This document shows positions 1-12,254 of a stretch of 64,000 nt of DNA, in pieces. A model generated the notes under the pieces. The model did no database searches, was not told where the DNA came from, and worked only from the letters and a program-made list of their open reading frames with translations. The stretch lies in contig NW_003314302.1 in the NCBI RefSeq assembly GCF_000143415.4, positions 1,588,395 to 1,652,394 on the forward strand. The letters run 5' to 3'. How positions within the stretch are numbered: the stretch's first letter is position 1; each line of letters opens with the position of its first letter. Both the position numbers and the translations under genes were made by a program. This DNA is from Selaginella moellendorffii. Its lineage: Eukaryota > Plantae > Lycopodiophyta.

Positions 1-1248
1 ATGAAAGTCACTAATTTGGAAAACGCTGACAACTTTCCATCACACACTTAATAGTGGATATTATGGCTATGACCACATCCTCGCCCTTGTCCATGAACTT
101 GGGCAGCAACAACATCAACCTCCGTTAGAACATGACTATCTCCCATAGAAGAACATGCAACATGCCTAGGTAATATATTAATTATAAGAATATAGCATAT
201 ACATTGTCTATTTAAATAGTTAAATAGTTAAATTTATTATATCTATTTCTATATATAAGCACAATTAATATATCTATTCCTATATCCCAAATACTCATAT
301 TGATGGAGGTGAATTATATTGCAATTTGTCCTTGGAGGGCAAAAGTTTTTAATAATGCTTTACTTAGTGTTTAGGATTATACTTTTGTTCTTATTCCTTT
401 ATTCTCTTTTAGATCTTGATCTGTATTAAATTTTTGCTATATCTAAGATTTTAGTCATTAAATTTATTCTTCTTTTTCAATTTTTATTACATTCTCTTGT
501 TTTGCCATGTTATACCATCATCGATCTAGGAGTATATCACTTAAAGTTGCTAACGATTCTACCTTTTGGTGTTATGATATTGGTGCAACAGCCATCTTTG
601 GTGTGTTACTGTCACTAACTTCCATAAGATATAATTACATAGTGTCTCATATTCTTGGTATATTATCATCTCTCACTAATTTAGAGTGTGATCGTGACAT
701 TGGTTGGAAAGGTATAAATGATGCAGTTTGATTCTTAGAAGATGTTCAAGGATTGGGTTTATAAGAAAATAATGTATACATGTTTGAGTTGATTTTGGAT
801 TGTGATAAGGGATTTAATTATTATGAAGATAGCTTTGAAGACAAGTTAATGATTTTATGGAGTAGGTGCCATTTTTTTAATCTACCATTTGATCCTTTCT
901 TTTTTACTTTCTACTATTTTTTAACCTTTTTTTATTTTCCTGCCTTTGCCACATTTTTTTCCCTTATCTTTAATATTTCCATTTCCTAGGATATTAACCA
1001 TTTGTGGCTTTTATGATTTTCATTTTTAATTTGGTGTTGAGTTTAGTGTTTTTTGTCCTCCTTATACTAATTTAAATATTGACTATGTGCATGAAGCTGA
1101 GAATCATAAAGCTGAGAATCTTAACTATAGTATTATAGTATTTTCTCTGATGTTTTAAACTTATTTGCTCCTAATGCTTCAAACTTATTTGCTCCTAATG
1201 CTGGAGTAAGAATGAGTGGATATAGTAGTGAATTGAAGACGAATGAGA

Positions 1249-1348
1249 NNNNNNNNNNNNNNNNNNNNNNNNNNNNNNNNNNNNNNNNNNNNNNNNNNNN
1301 NNNNNNNNNNNNNNNNNNNNNNNNNNNNNNNNNNNNNNNNNNNNNNNN
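1249..1348. other. Assembly gap (100 N)
   Basis: Run of exactly 100 N. Confidence 0.99.
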
Positions 1349-2109
1349 GGTCACTCAAACCAATATTATTCAAACTCAAAGATGTTTAACCATAAATATT
1401 CTAAGATCTTAGATTGATTGAAAAAAGGGTACACTCTTATTAATAGGCTTTTTCTTTTTATATTTGAACCCTTATAAATCACTTTTCAAATCATTCTCTT
1501 TAGTTACTTACAATAGTGAGGTTGAATAAATATAGTAATAAAGTATAATCTAACATAAATTGTAAAGTGAGGACAAATATGGCAAGTTTAAATGAAATTG
1601 GTGCTTTTGAATTTTTTTTCTTTCAAAAAGGGGATAAAAAGGATATGGATAACAAATGGAGTGAATCCAACCTTTTATATATGGTGTTAGATAAGGATAA
1701 AAGTTATAAATCTTAACTCTCAAAAGTTGATTGTAGAGAAGACACAAAAATAACTTTGTTGATGGTCATATATATAAGTTAACAATGATTTCAAAGGCTA
1801 ATAAAAGGGAAAATGTAGTGATGGAATTTATCATTTGTTACAGTGGTAATTAATGGATTACAATTGCCTTTAAAGTCCCTTATTTTAGTATGGAGTGGTT
1901 TATTTGAGTGTTTAGCAGTTGTATTTGAGGTTTCAATTAGGATTTTGTTATTAGCTGATGTTCATGTTATAATTGTAAATTTTATTTCTATCATGGTTGT
2001 CAACAATTATGTTGTATATATTGATGGTCCTATGAGAGTTTTATATTCTTGCGATAGTGCCCAATTGAAGCTCTAGATGTTTTGTTAGACTTAACTTCTT
2101 CAAATTTTC

Positions 2110-2127
2110 TATATATGTATATATGTA

Positions 2128-2159
<32 letters not shown>
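2110..2159. repeat. (TA)n/(TG)n microsatellite
   Basis: Reads atatatgtatatatgtatgtgtgtgtatatatatat... directly. Confidence 0.9.
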
Positions 2160-2160
<1 letters not shown>

Positions 2161-2584
2161 CACCATAAATAGTGGACCATCTATTTGAGATTGAATTTAT
2201 TCTGTGGTTTAGATCCCAATTAATATACCTTCCCAAACACTCACAATATTATATATATATTCATAAATGACCAGTAAATTATACATTTTTAAAGAGACTA
2301 TTCTCTTGTTTTCAGGGTTTAGAGGCTGCTAAACCCTTGGCTTGAATTTGCAAGTGATTACTAATTCTCACTAAAAACTTTATTAATGCAAAAAAGTGGT
2401 TGTCTATCATCAATCTATTAGCACAATCTGGTCAATTCAACATGACTAGCAAAATAGACAATCCATATCAAGCCTGTTAGCCTAATTTAATTGCTTGGTA
2501 AAGCAAATCACGTTTTGGACATTTTATAATTAACAATAATAACATTAATAAAACACATGATATACTATTTATAAGAAGTTTAAG

Positions 2585-2677
2585 TATGAATTTTATTAAA
2601 TTAAGCTGAATAGTCTGTTATCCTTGTTCTTAGCGCTGCTACTAGGAACATCAGTGAGCGTGTTTTGCAATTCATCT
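2585..2677 (-). pseudogene. Duplicated fragment of the UVR3 last exon and 3' flank
   Basis: Matches about 9763-9874 with small deletions and ends in the same peptide, RITDYSA*. Confidence 0.85.
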
Positions 2678-2679
2678 GT

Positions 2680-4417
2680 GATGTCCAAAGTGTGTCAAAA
2701 TCATGCAAAGCCGAAGATGATTTATACCCAATCAACTCAGGCATTCTAGGACAATGTCCAAGCTTGCTACAAGTAGCAGGACCGGGAAGCTGCCATACAA
2801 GCACTGCAATATAGGGTTCAAGGATCCATAGAAGTCAGGAAACTGGAGAAATTGAATGGTAAAAACCTTTGCCCTTTTAAATTATGCACATCAAGTGTAG
2901 TATCGACCACCAAAGATTGCAAATATATTCTATCATAGTGTCCAGCAGTAATTTTTCTCTGCATCTCAACTCAGGCAGAACCAGCATTCTAGAGGAAATA
3001 GTTGATCAAAAGCAAAGAAATAGCACTTGGTAAATTGCTACATCTTCCTTTTCTTTCCTGTACTCCACGATAAACAGGCAGAACTGGGCCTTGAGGGTCT
3101 CTTTATGTTGCTTATTGAGGTTGGGATCTACTAGTACGTTTCGGTTATGTGTTCGGAACTTAACATCAAGTTCATTTGCTTCATCCTCGTAATCACTTTG
3201 AGAAACAGTTCAAAACTACAATCAAAATATGTTATTTAATGCACAACCGAGCTCCTGACCTCCTTGCTAGGCTCCTCATCCTGGGCCTACATAATCAATG
3301 TGAAAACAATCACTAGTATAGAAACAATGAAAATGAAGCAAAGTTGCTTATCAGAACATATTTCTCGTTGTATTAGTGGCCAAATCATTCTCTTGAAGGC
3401 GCTTCACAGCTTGCAGCATCTCTTTTGCTTCGAAACGCCCTGGACAGGTGAGTGTAATCCTGCTGTGATGGTGCAGAGATGCATTGGAACATGTCAACAA
3501 GCACGAGGTGATACGGTCTTATATGCGTAGATCCTGAGGCTTCTTACAATTGCACAGTGTTGTACAAAAGATCAGCAGCGTTTCTTTTTTCATGAGACCT
3601 CCATAAAATTTGTTCTCTGAGCCCAAGCAATTCTCAATGGATCCCTCCGTTTTGATAGGGCTAGATCTTTTAATTTCTGGTTTCATTCGTAGAGAACCTA
3701 GATGATCCAGTACGCTCTCTTTGACTTGATGTCTCTTTCTCTACAGTGAAGTTTTCGTCTTTCGTGATTGCAAGTTTAAAGTTCCCATTCTTTCTAAAGT
3801 GCCTAATCTTCGTTTAGGAAAGCCTTTGTCAAGAAACTAGGCTGGGGAACGCGATCAAAATCGCCACAAAGTTTCCTTTGGACTAAGTTGGATTTGCTGG
3901 CTTACAAACAGATCACTACGAGCTCATCATGTTTCTAAGAAATCACTCTAGAAATTCTACGGGTTTCCAATCGAGGCAAGATTGCAATTCATTTTCAAAT
4001 GTCGTGTCTAGAAAGTTACCGCTAGAAATCACTTCTTTGGTTTTAACACCTCTAGATGAGATTTACAGTTTGGAAATCCTTTTGCTTGTGAGACCAAGCA
4101 GCTCCATCACCTCTCTCAGAATCGTCGAGTTTTCTTCTTCATCGCCCACCTCATGGTTTGCCTTCCACAAAGGGCGAAGAAAGCTCCTCCTCCTCTCGCA
4201 TGAACTCCTCATCCACGGAACTCGTCTTTCCAAGAAACGCGCTCCCAGCCTTCCTCATCATCATTAGCTACTCGCGACTCCACTTCGCCAAAGAGCTTGT
4301 AGAGCAGCTCTTCCTCTTGCAAATACCAGGCTCTCTCTTTGCACGATTCCATGTGAAGTCCGTCTTATTCATCCACAGGTGATCACCAAGCATCTCTACA
4401 CCACACCCAAGCGCCAT
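2680..4417 (-). pseudogene. Multi-exon gene of unknown function, copy 1 (frameshifted)
   Basis: 3031-4520 is highly similar to 8236-9712. It has the same ATG context (4417) but small deletions break exon 1. Confidence 0.7.
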
Positions 4418-5444
4418 AGATCTTCTCTCGAAAGTCTAGTTAGCCCTTAAACTAGTCTCGTTATATACTGCTAAGGCACCTTGATAATATTCTTTCTACC
4501 TTCTCCTTTACAAATATACTTGTGTTTAGTATAAGGTTTTTTTAGCGATGCCAAGAAACTGACCTTATATCTAAAATCAATCAAAGAGGTACTACTGGCA
4601 ATTCTTTGATCAACTTCGCTGGCCTTTTGGCTTGGACCTTTAATGAACCTTACAAACTTATATACCTGGATGTCTGGAAAGGTGCTCAGCAGACTTCTGT
4701 CCAGCAGCGAGTCACACTGTGAGAAGTTCCTGGCTCCAGTACCAAGGGCTGGATCTCCATAGCCCGGTAGCAATTGGAGCTGAGACTATGTCACTAAGTT
4801 GTCCCTCAGCTTCTAAGTAACAGAAGTTATCAATGTATACCTTTCCTTGAATCAATATTAATAGTTTTAACAATTTAGAAATTTAAAGCATCCCTCTAAA
4901 ATGACTTTTTTTTTTATAATTAGAATATACTGCATGTCAAAATATGTTTAATGTATACAAATGACAAATTATAATACCCAAACATGATAAATTATATGAA
5001 AAACATCTATATTTCCAGAAGGGTCTTTCCCTTACTATATACATAACACTTCAAGGTGGAAGAAGGTTTATAGGAAACATATTACTTGGTTTATAGAATA
5101 TATTTAAAGATTTGCTAAATATTTATTGATGTGAGTCTATTGAATATGGAAATGGAATATAAAAATGTGCATATCAATTAGCCCAAAAACGTTAGCTTAT
5201 ATATATTGGAGTGAGTGGTTTGAATTGAAACCAATTTGACAATTATTAAAATTTAAGTACACTGTATGGCCATTAATATTAATATACAGCATTGTAACCA
5301 TTCACTTAGACCATATCATCCCCTCCTCTTGAAAGGATGGAAGGTAATCAGGGTTCACTAGTTAACATATTGGGATTTGGAGGAACATTATAAGGAAGTA
5401 TCAGTGGATCTATAGATGGTATTAATTGGTCTTAATTTCTTTGT

Positions 5445-8000
5445 ATGAAGCCTTTTAGTTGTTGTACATGCATAATTTTTGGAGGATCAATTTGTTGAAT
5501 GTCATTCTAAATCTTATAAACTTGTGATCCAATTTGCCACAACACCTGATATGGTCCCTTCCACTAAGCAAAAAACCCCTTAGATAAACCATATACCGTA
5601 AGATTGGGAAAACATGCTAATATAAAAACATCCACTTTGTACTTTGTAAGTGGACAATAATAGGAGTTGTAGGATTGTTATTGTCCTATTTGTATGTAGC
5701 CAAAGTGTTCAATAGACTTTGCTTAGACAAGTGGAAGAATGCTTATCAAATATTAATCCTAAGACCTAACATCAGTAACTTGTGGTAATTGCAAAGGTAA
5801 ACTTAACTCCGCTGGCAATATCGAATCATGATCATATAAAAGTTTATATGGTGAAGCACCGACATAACTTTGCACCCTATGACATACGCATATTGAAAAG
5901 AAGGCAAATAACCATCCCAATTCAAATGTTAAAAATTCATGTACTTCGCGATTATCCCTTTGAAGGTCGGAATAAGCTATTTCACTAAACCATCTATCGT
6001 TGGATGATAAGCATTTGTGGAAGTGTGGTGTATCTCCAACTGAGATGTTAAAAAGTAAAATGCCTCAACTATGAATATATGACTATTATCTGAAAGAATT
6101 CGTTCTGGACAGGAATGTTAAAACATCACTTGATTGAAAAAGAAATATCTAATAACAGTTGCAAATGCACTAATAAGAGCACTAACTTCCACTCATTGAA
6201 TTAGATAGTCAAAAGCAATAATAATATGCTTATTGCTAGCAATCAACTGTGGAAAATGCCTCATAAGATAAAATGCCACCAACTTAAACAAATAGGAAAT
6301 TACAATTGACCCTAACTGTTCTTCAATAACATGAGGGGGAGTATTATGAATTTGGCACTAAATGCAATTATGTATATACCAGATAACATCATGTTGTATC
6401 TTTAGCCAAAGACTTGTGCAACTTCTCTATTATATGACAATTTCCCATATACCTACTTACAATAGGAGAATCATGGTAAGTATAGAGAAAGCATGGAATA
6501 AATATCAAAAGCAACACCAGCTCTAAATAATCATTAGGATCCCTCCCCACAAAATAAAGAAGGTCGTCCTTAAGGCGATATTAAGAATGTAAATGTCGAA
6601 ATCACAAGTCATCATCAAGTGATATATAATTCTCAAACTCATTACGAAGCCTTTAGATCCATGGGTTAACCTTTTAAGCCTCACGAACCTTGTCAAAAGA
6701 AGGTAAATTTTGCTCCACACCTTGTGGACATTAAACATTAAATACAACAACTGTTGACAGTATAGAATCATTATCCAAAAAATCCATAAATGCTAAAATA
6801 ATAGATTTGTCATAAACATGAGAAAAAAGTGAAGAAGGAAGAGGAAATTGAGAAAGAGCATTAGCATTAGCCATAGAAGTCCTCGAGTGATGAACAAGAT
6901 CAAAATTATATATTTAAAGTTTGAAAGCCCATTGAGTAGTTCCATTTTAATAATGAAGTAATTGCAATATGATCATATTTTAGTAATGTCTGATAACCAT
7001 GTAGATATGCATGAAGTTTCTTGAAACCCTAAGTTATTGCTAAATACTCCTCTATCATGGAGTAGTTTACCTTTACTAATTGTAATGTCGGCTAATATAT
7101 GTAATAGGATGGCACTAATTAGGAACACTCAGGCTCTCTTGCATCAACATACTTCCAAGAGGATATCAAAAGCATCCATGTGCAAAATAAAAGGTCAAAT
7201 GTAATTAGGATATGCAAAAACTAGAGGAGTCGTCAACAACTCTTTAAGATTCATAAATATTTGTTCACAATTCATGGGCCAAATGAAAGATGATGTTATC
7301 AACTTTAACAATGTTTGTAATAGTGCAGTATAATCAAAAAGATGATCAACAAAATAGTTGAGATATTGCACCTTACCTAAAAACATTACATATCATTTAC
7401 ATATTTTGGAGTAGGGAGCTAAAAAATAGCTATAAGTTTGTCATGATCAACTTACAAACCTTTATGAAAATTATAGTACCCAATATAAGTTGTGTCCTTA
7501 GACCTAAACACACATTTTGATCGCTTCAGCTTTAAACCAACTTCCCATAATAAATCCTAACACCTTATAAACATCATAGCCGTGTTCCTTTCACGTCCCC
7601 TTTAAGTGGATTAAAATATCATGTATAAAATCAACAATCACTTTTAGCATATCCCAAAGAACCTCATCCATCATCTACTAGAAAGTTGCTAAATTATTGT
7701 TCAACCCAAATGGCATCACTAAAACCTTTTACAAACCAAATGGCATATGAAAAGTAATTTTGAGAATATTTTCCTTGGCCATTAGCATTTGGTAGTACTT
7801 AGAAACAAAATCTAATTTGGTAAACTAACGACTTCTCCCTAAACAATCCAGGAGATCAATAGTGTGAAGAAGAGGGTATATATTTGAAATTGTCATTTTG
7901 TTTAACAGATGATAATTGATGCAAAAATGAATTATAAAAAAGTATAAGATAAGGGGGAAAAATTTCAAAGTTGACATAATTATGCCGCAACTAATCCATA
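5445..8000 (-). mobile_element. Degenerate Ty3/gypsy retrotransposon pol remnant (RT, RNase H, integrase)
   Basis: HFCINYHLLNKMTISNIYPL (RT start), FLGKVQY...LKELLTTPLVFAYP (RT/RH linker), WKGPYQV (integrase GPY/F), with many stops. Confidence 0.85.
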
Positions 8001-8235
8001 CTAAGGATAAGGTCAAAAACTTAAATTGACACCACCCATAATAATTATAACTCAATCTCGAGATCACCCACACACATAATTAAGTTTGCCTCGTCCCATA
8101 CATATATATGTGTATGGCTATTGCTATAAAAAAATGAAAACTAACTCTGCCATATGATGCAAATGTAGATGGCAATATGTGCCAACAAAAAAAGCATTAG
8201 AAGATAAACTCAAAACTGTATTAATTAACACATGA

Positions 8236-9603
8236 TAAATTGCTCCATCTTCCTTTTCTTTCCTGCACTCCACAATAAACAGGCAGAACTGGACCTTGAG
8301 GCTCTTTTTATGTCACTTATTGAGCTTGGGATCTACTAGTACGTTTCCATTATGTGTTCGGAACTTAACGTCAAGTTCATCCACTTCATCCAGGCTCCTC
8401 ATCCCGGGCCTACAAAATCAATGTGAAAACAATCACTAGGATAGAATAGAAACAATGAAAATGAAGCAAAGTTGCTTACCAAAACATCTTTCTCGTTGTT
8501 TTAGTGGCCAAATCATTCTCTTGAAGTCACAGCTTGCAGCATCTCTTTTGCTTCGAAACGCCCTGGACAGGTGACTGTAATCCTGCTGTGACGGTGGAGA
8601 GATGCATTGGAACATGTCAACAAGCACGAGGTGATACGGTCTTATATGCGTAGATCCCGAGGAGCAAAGAGGAGCAAAGGGGCTTCTTACGATTGCACAG
8701 CACTAACCTTGTTGTACAAAAGATCAGCAGCGTTTCTTTTTCGTGTGACCTCCATAAAATTTGTTCTCTGCGCCCAAGCAATTCTCGATACACCATATGC
8801 TGACAAAAGGCTCCACTGCATTGAACGTCCCGATATGCCATAGGCTCAGACCTTGGCGACTTTGCTATAACCCCGATTGCGGCTGCGCTACGTTCTCTTT
8901 GACTTGATGTCTCTTTCTATACAGTGGAGTTTTCATTGGAATTCCTTTCGTTTAAAGTTCCCATTCTTCCTAATGTGCCTAATCTTCGTTTAGGAAAGCC
9001 TTTGTCGGCTGGGGAACGCGATGAAAATCGCGTTGATAGTCTAGGACTAAGTTGGATTTGCTGGCTTACAAACAGATCACTACGAGCGCATCATGTTTCT
9101 AAGAAATCACTCTAGAAATTCTACGGGTTTCTAACCGCAAGATTGCAATCCATTTGACTTTCAAATGTCGTGTCTTACTGCTAGAAAGCACTTCTTTGGT
9201 TTTTAACATCTATAGATGAGATTTACAGTTTGGAAATCCTTTTGCTTGTGAGACCAAGCAGCTCCATCACCTCTCTCAGAATCGTCGAGTTTTCTTCATC
9301 ATCGCCCACCTCATGGTTTGCCTTCCAGGCCACTTCCTCAAAGAGCAAAGAAAGCTCCTCCTCCTCTCGCATGAAATCCTCATCCACGGAACTCGTCTTT
9401 CCACTCCCAGAAACGCGCTCCCAACCTTCCTCATCATCATTAGCTACTCGCGACTCCACTTCGCCAAAGAGCTTGTAGAGCAGCTCTTCCTCTTGCAAAT
9501 ACCAGGCTCTCTCTTTGCACGATTCGTTTGCTGCCCATGTGAAGTCCATCTTATTCATCCACAGGTGATCACCAAGCATCTCTACACCACACCCAAGCGC
9601 CAT
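8236..9603 (-). pseudogene. Multi-exon gene of unknown function, copy 2 (acidic first exon intact, internal stop, 3'-truncated)
   Basis: ORF 9223-9603 ends at a GT donor. A later exon has GTA-TAG where copy 1 has GTA-GAG. Similarity to copy 1 stops at about 8236, close to the gypsy remnant. Confidence 0.65.
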
Positions 9604-9778
9604 AGATCTTCTCTCGAAAGTCTAGTTAGCCCTTAAACTAGCCTCATTATATACTGCTAAGGCACCTTTTCCTAGATGATAATATTCTTTCCACCTTTTC
9701 CTTTACAAATACGTTTAGTATTTTTTCTTTCTAGTGCCGTCATCAGTACCAAGGGCATGTCTTATGAGTTTTATTAAA

Positions 9779-12177
9779 TTAGGCTGAATAATCTGTTATC
9801 CTTGATTGCTTTTGTCTCTTGTTCTTAGAGGTGCTACTAGTCGGAACATCGGTGAGCGTGTCTTGCAATTCATCTACTTGTTCCCGCGAGACATTCCCAT
9901 GCGACGATTTGCTTAGAGCATACGCCGCTCCCATTCTCTCCCGACAGATTTTACTGGCAGCAGCATGATCGAGCACTGGATGCAACAAGGCAAGGAGCTT
10001 AGCCAAAAGTTTAAGAATGATTTACCAGGTGTTGGATAGTCTTTCCCGATGATGCACTTTGCTTTCCTCTGAATCTCAGCTGGAGCTTTCCATGGCTCGT
10101 AGATAAACTCCTGCGGCATATCTAAACGTCGTCCTTTGGTTTAGTGTTTTGACAGGAGATTATTTCGACTTGCCTTTTAGAACGGGGAGAAAATGCTTGA
10201 TATAGTTCCCTTGACGATCGTATTTCTTTGCAAACGTGATTGGGGAGTAAATTCGATGGTACTGGAATTGAGCACAGTAAGAGGAGGAAGCAAGAATTGA
10301 AAGGTTTTAATACCTGATTGAAAAACGCAGAAGCTGAGAGCCAAAGCCAGTTACCATTGTTGATAGACCAATCGGCGTCAATCAAAAGCCTATCGAAGAC
10401 ATCTCGGCCTTTCTCCCAGTATACAAACTGTCCAAATTTGAAGGAATGTTGTAATGACCAGTAAGGTAAAAGAGAAAACACTTACCATATCACCCCTTGT
10501 TAAGAAACAAGCGACTGCATGACGAGCTAGATGGTGCATCCATCCCCATTTTCGTAACTAAAATCAGCAGAAAAGAAAGGAAAAAACAAAAGTGTTTAGT
10601 AAAGAAGAAGATGGAGTAGAAAGAGACCTGTGTCATGGCAGCGTCTATCCAGGGATAACCAGTACGTCCATCTCTCCAAGCACTCAAAAGTTCATCGTCG
10701 TCCTTCCAAGGGATCTAGACCAAAGTTATGGATTGATCGAACCAAAGCTTAGAGCAATTAAAAAAAGAGAAGATGAAGGATTTTACTTGCTTGCAAATGG
10801 GGTTCCCAACCATCTTGTCAAAATTCGCAGTAGCATATGCAGCAGTATAGAAGAACTCCCGCCACAAGAGCTGAGCGAAAGAGGCTCACGGAATCTACTT
10901 GATAATAATGCACTAAACTTTGCTTACCTGAGCTTCCAAAGAAACTGGAGGACTCGTAAACGACTTCGCCCTGGAATAGACCTCCTTAACGCGAGAGTAG
11001 ACAAGCCGGGAGGAAAGACAGCCAAACTACGCAAAAAACTGTGTGGAGTGAGAAAGAGAGATATTTGAACCGGTGCCTATATTTCGTGAACCTTCAAGTA
11101 TGGAGAAAGAACCGTGGTCGCAGGCTTTATAAACGCAGTTGGATCTCCTTTGGGCTTCTCGAATTCGCATACCCACTTCTACTTGCAAAGAAAAAGAATT
11201 TTTGAAAACATTGAAGCAAAGTTTGAGAAGTTAGTACCTCGTTCGCAAGACTATCCTCCAACCGAGTTAGTGCTACAGTTTCGCCACCACGAAACGGAGA
11301 AAAATCCTTTTAAACACACAAAGAGCGATTTAGCAAGAAGTAAATCAGGAGGAAAAAAAATTAAAATAAAATCATAAACCTCGTGAAAATCGGCATAACC
11401 GAGCTCCTCAAGTGTTGGAACTGGGACCACTTTGATCCCATGAAGATCACCAGTCGGAGGAATCGCAGATGGACCATTTCCAATTGGCTTTGTGGCTGGA
11501 ACAAGGTTTTTGCAGAAGGATTGGAAGGTTAGAGGTGCCTTGCCACCATTCTGATAGAGAAAACCACAAAATATTAGTAAACAAGAAGGGAATGAAGTCG
11601 TCACCTTCGCTATCAGAAGATCTGGATTGAAAATAGTGTGGCTCACAGGACAGTGGAGCTCAATTCCTTTGTCTTTAGCATGCTCCTGTTCTTTGAAACA
11701 GTAAGAACTCTCGAGAAAAGAAAAAAAAAAAAAGCAAGATGAGATGAGCCAGGAGTTCTACCTTGATCTTAGCATCTCGATCCAATGCATAGGGTTCCGT
11801 GTCAAATTCAAAGCACAACTTCCTGATTCTCCACTGGAAAAAAATAATACGAGGCTGCTTTCAAGAACAAAAAAGAAAGAAGACTCCACCTTGTCAAGAA
11901 GCTCTGGAATTACTTGGATTGGATTGCCGTGGACGAGCAGGAGCTTACTTCCCCGGGAGCTCAAATTTCGATCCAGATCCTGCAAGCTCTCGAGCAAGAA
12001 CTGGATGCGATTGATCCCAACTCGAGCAGACCCTGGCGATGACGCTCTTGGATCCGGCGCCAAGAACCAAGGATCCAAAACAAAGACTGGATACACATTT
12101 CGCGAGCCATGGCACGCGGCTTCCAGCGATGGATTGTCGTGGAGCCTCAGCCCCTTTCGAAACCACAAGAGCGCCAT
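9779..12177 (-). CDS. UVR3: (6-4) DNA photolyase, multi-exon
   Basis: [62 protein letters not shown] and IGKDYP are separated by short introns. ATG at 12177. Confidence 0.95.
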
Positions 12178-12254
12178 AGCCAAGAAGCACTCTTTGTAAA
12201 CCCTAGTTCCTAGTTTTTAAAATTCTCATTTAAGCGCGAAAAATTAGGGTTCTT
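12178..12254. promoter_or_regulatory. 77-bp bidirectional promoter with two telo-box-like motifs and an E2F site
   Basis: AAACCCTAG at 12198-12206, GCGCGAAA (= TTTCGCGC) at 12234-12241 and TTAGGGTT at 12244-12251, between divergent ATGs. Confidence 0.7.

Noticed and set aside
1-2580. Short ORFs and a 24-bp direct repeat (about 1157-1202) near the gap
   Set aside because: The sequence is AT-rich and low in information, with no supported product.
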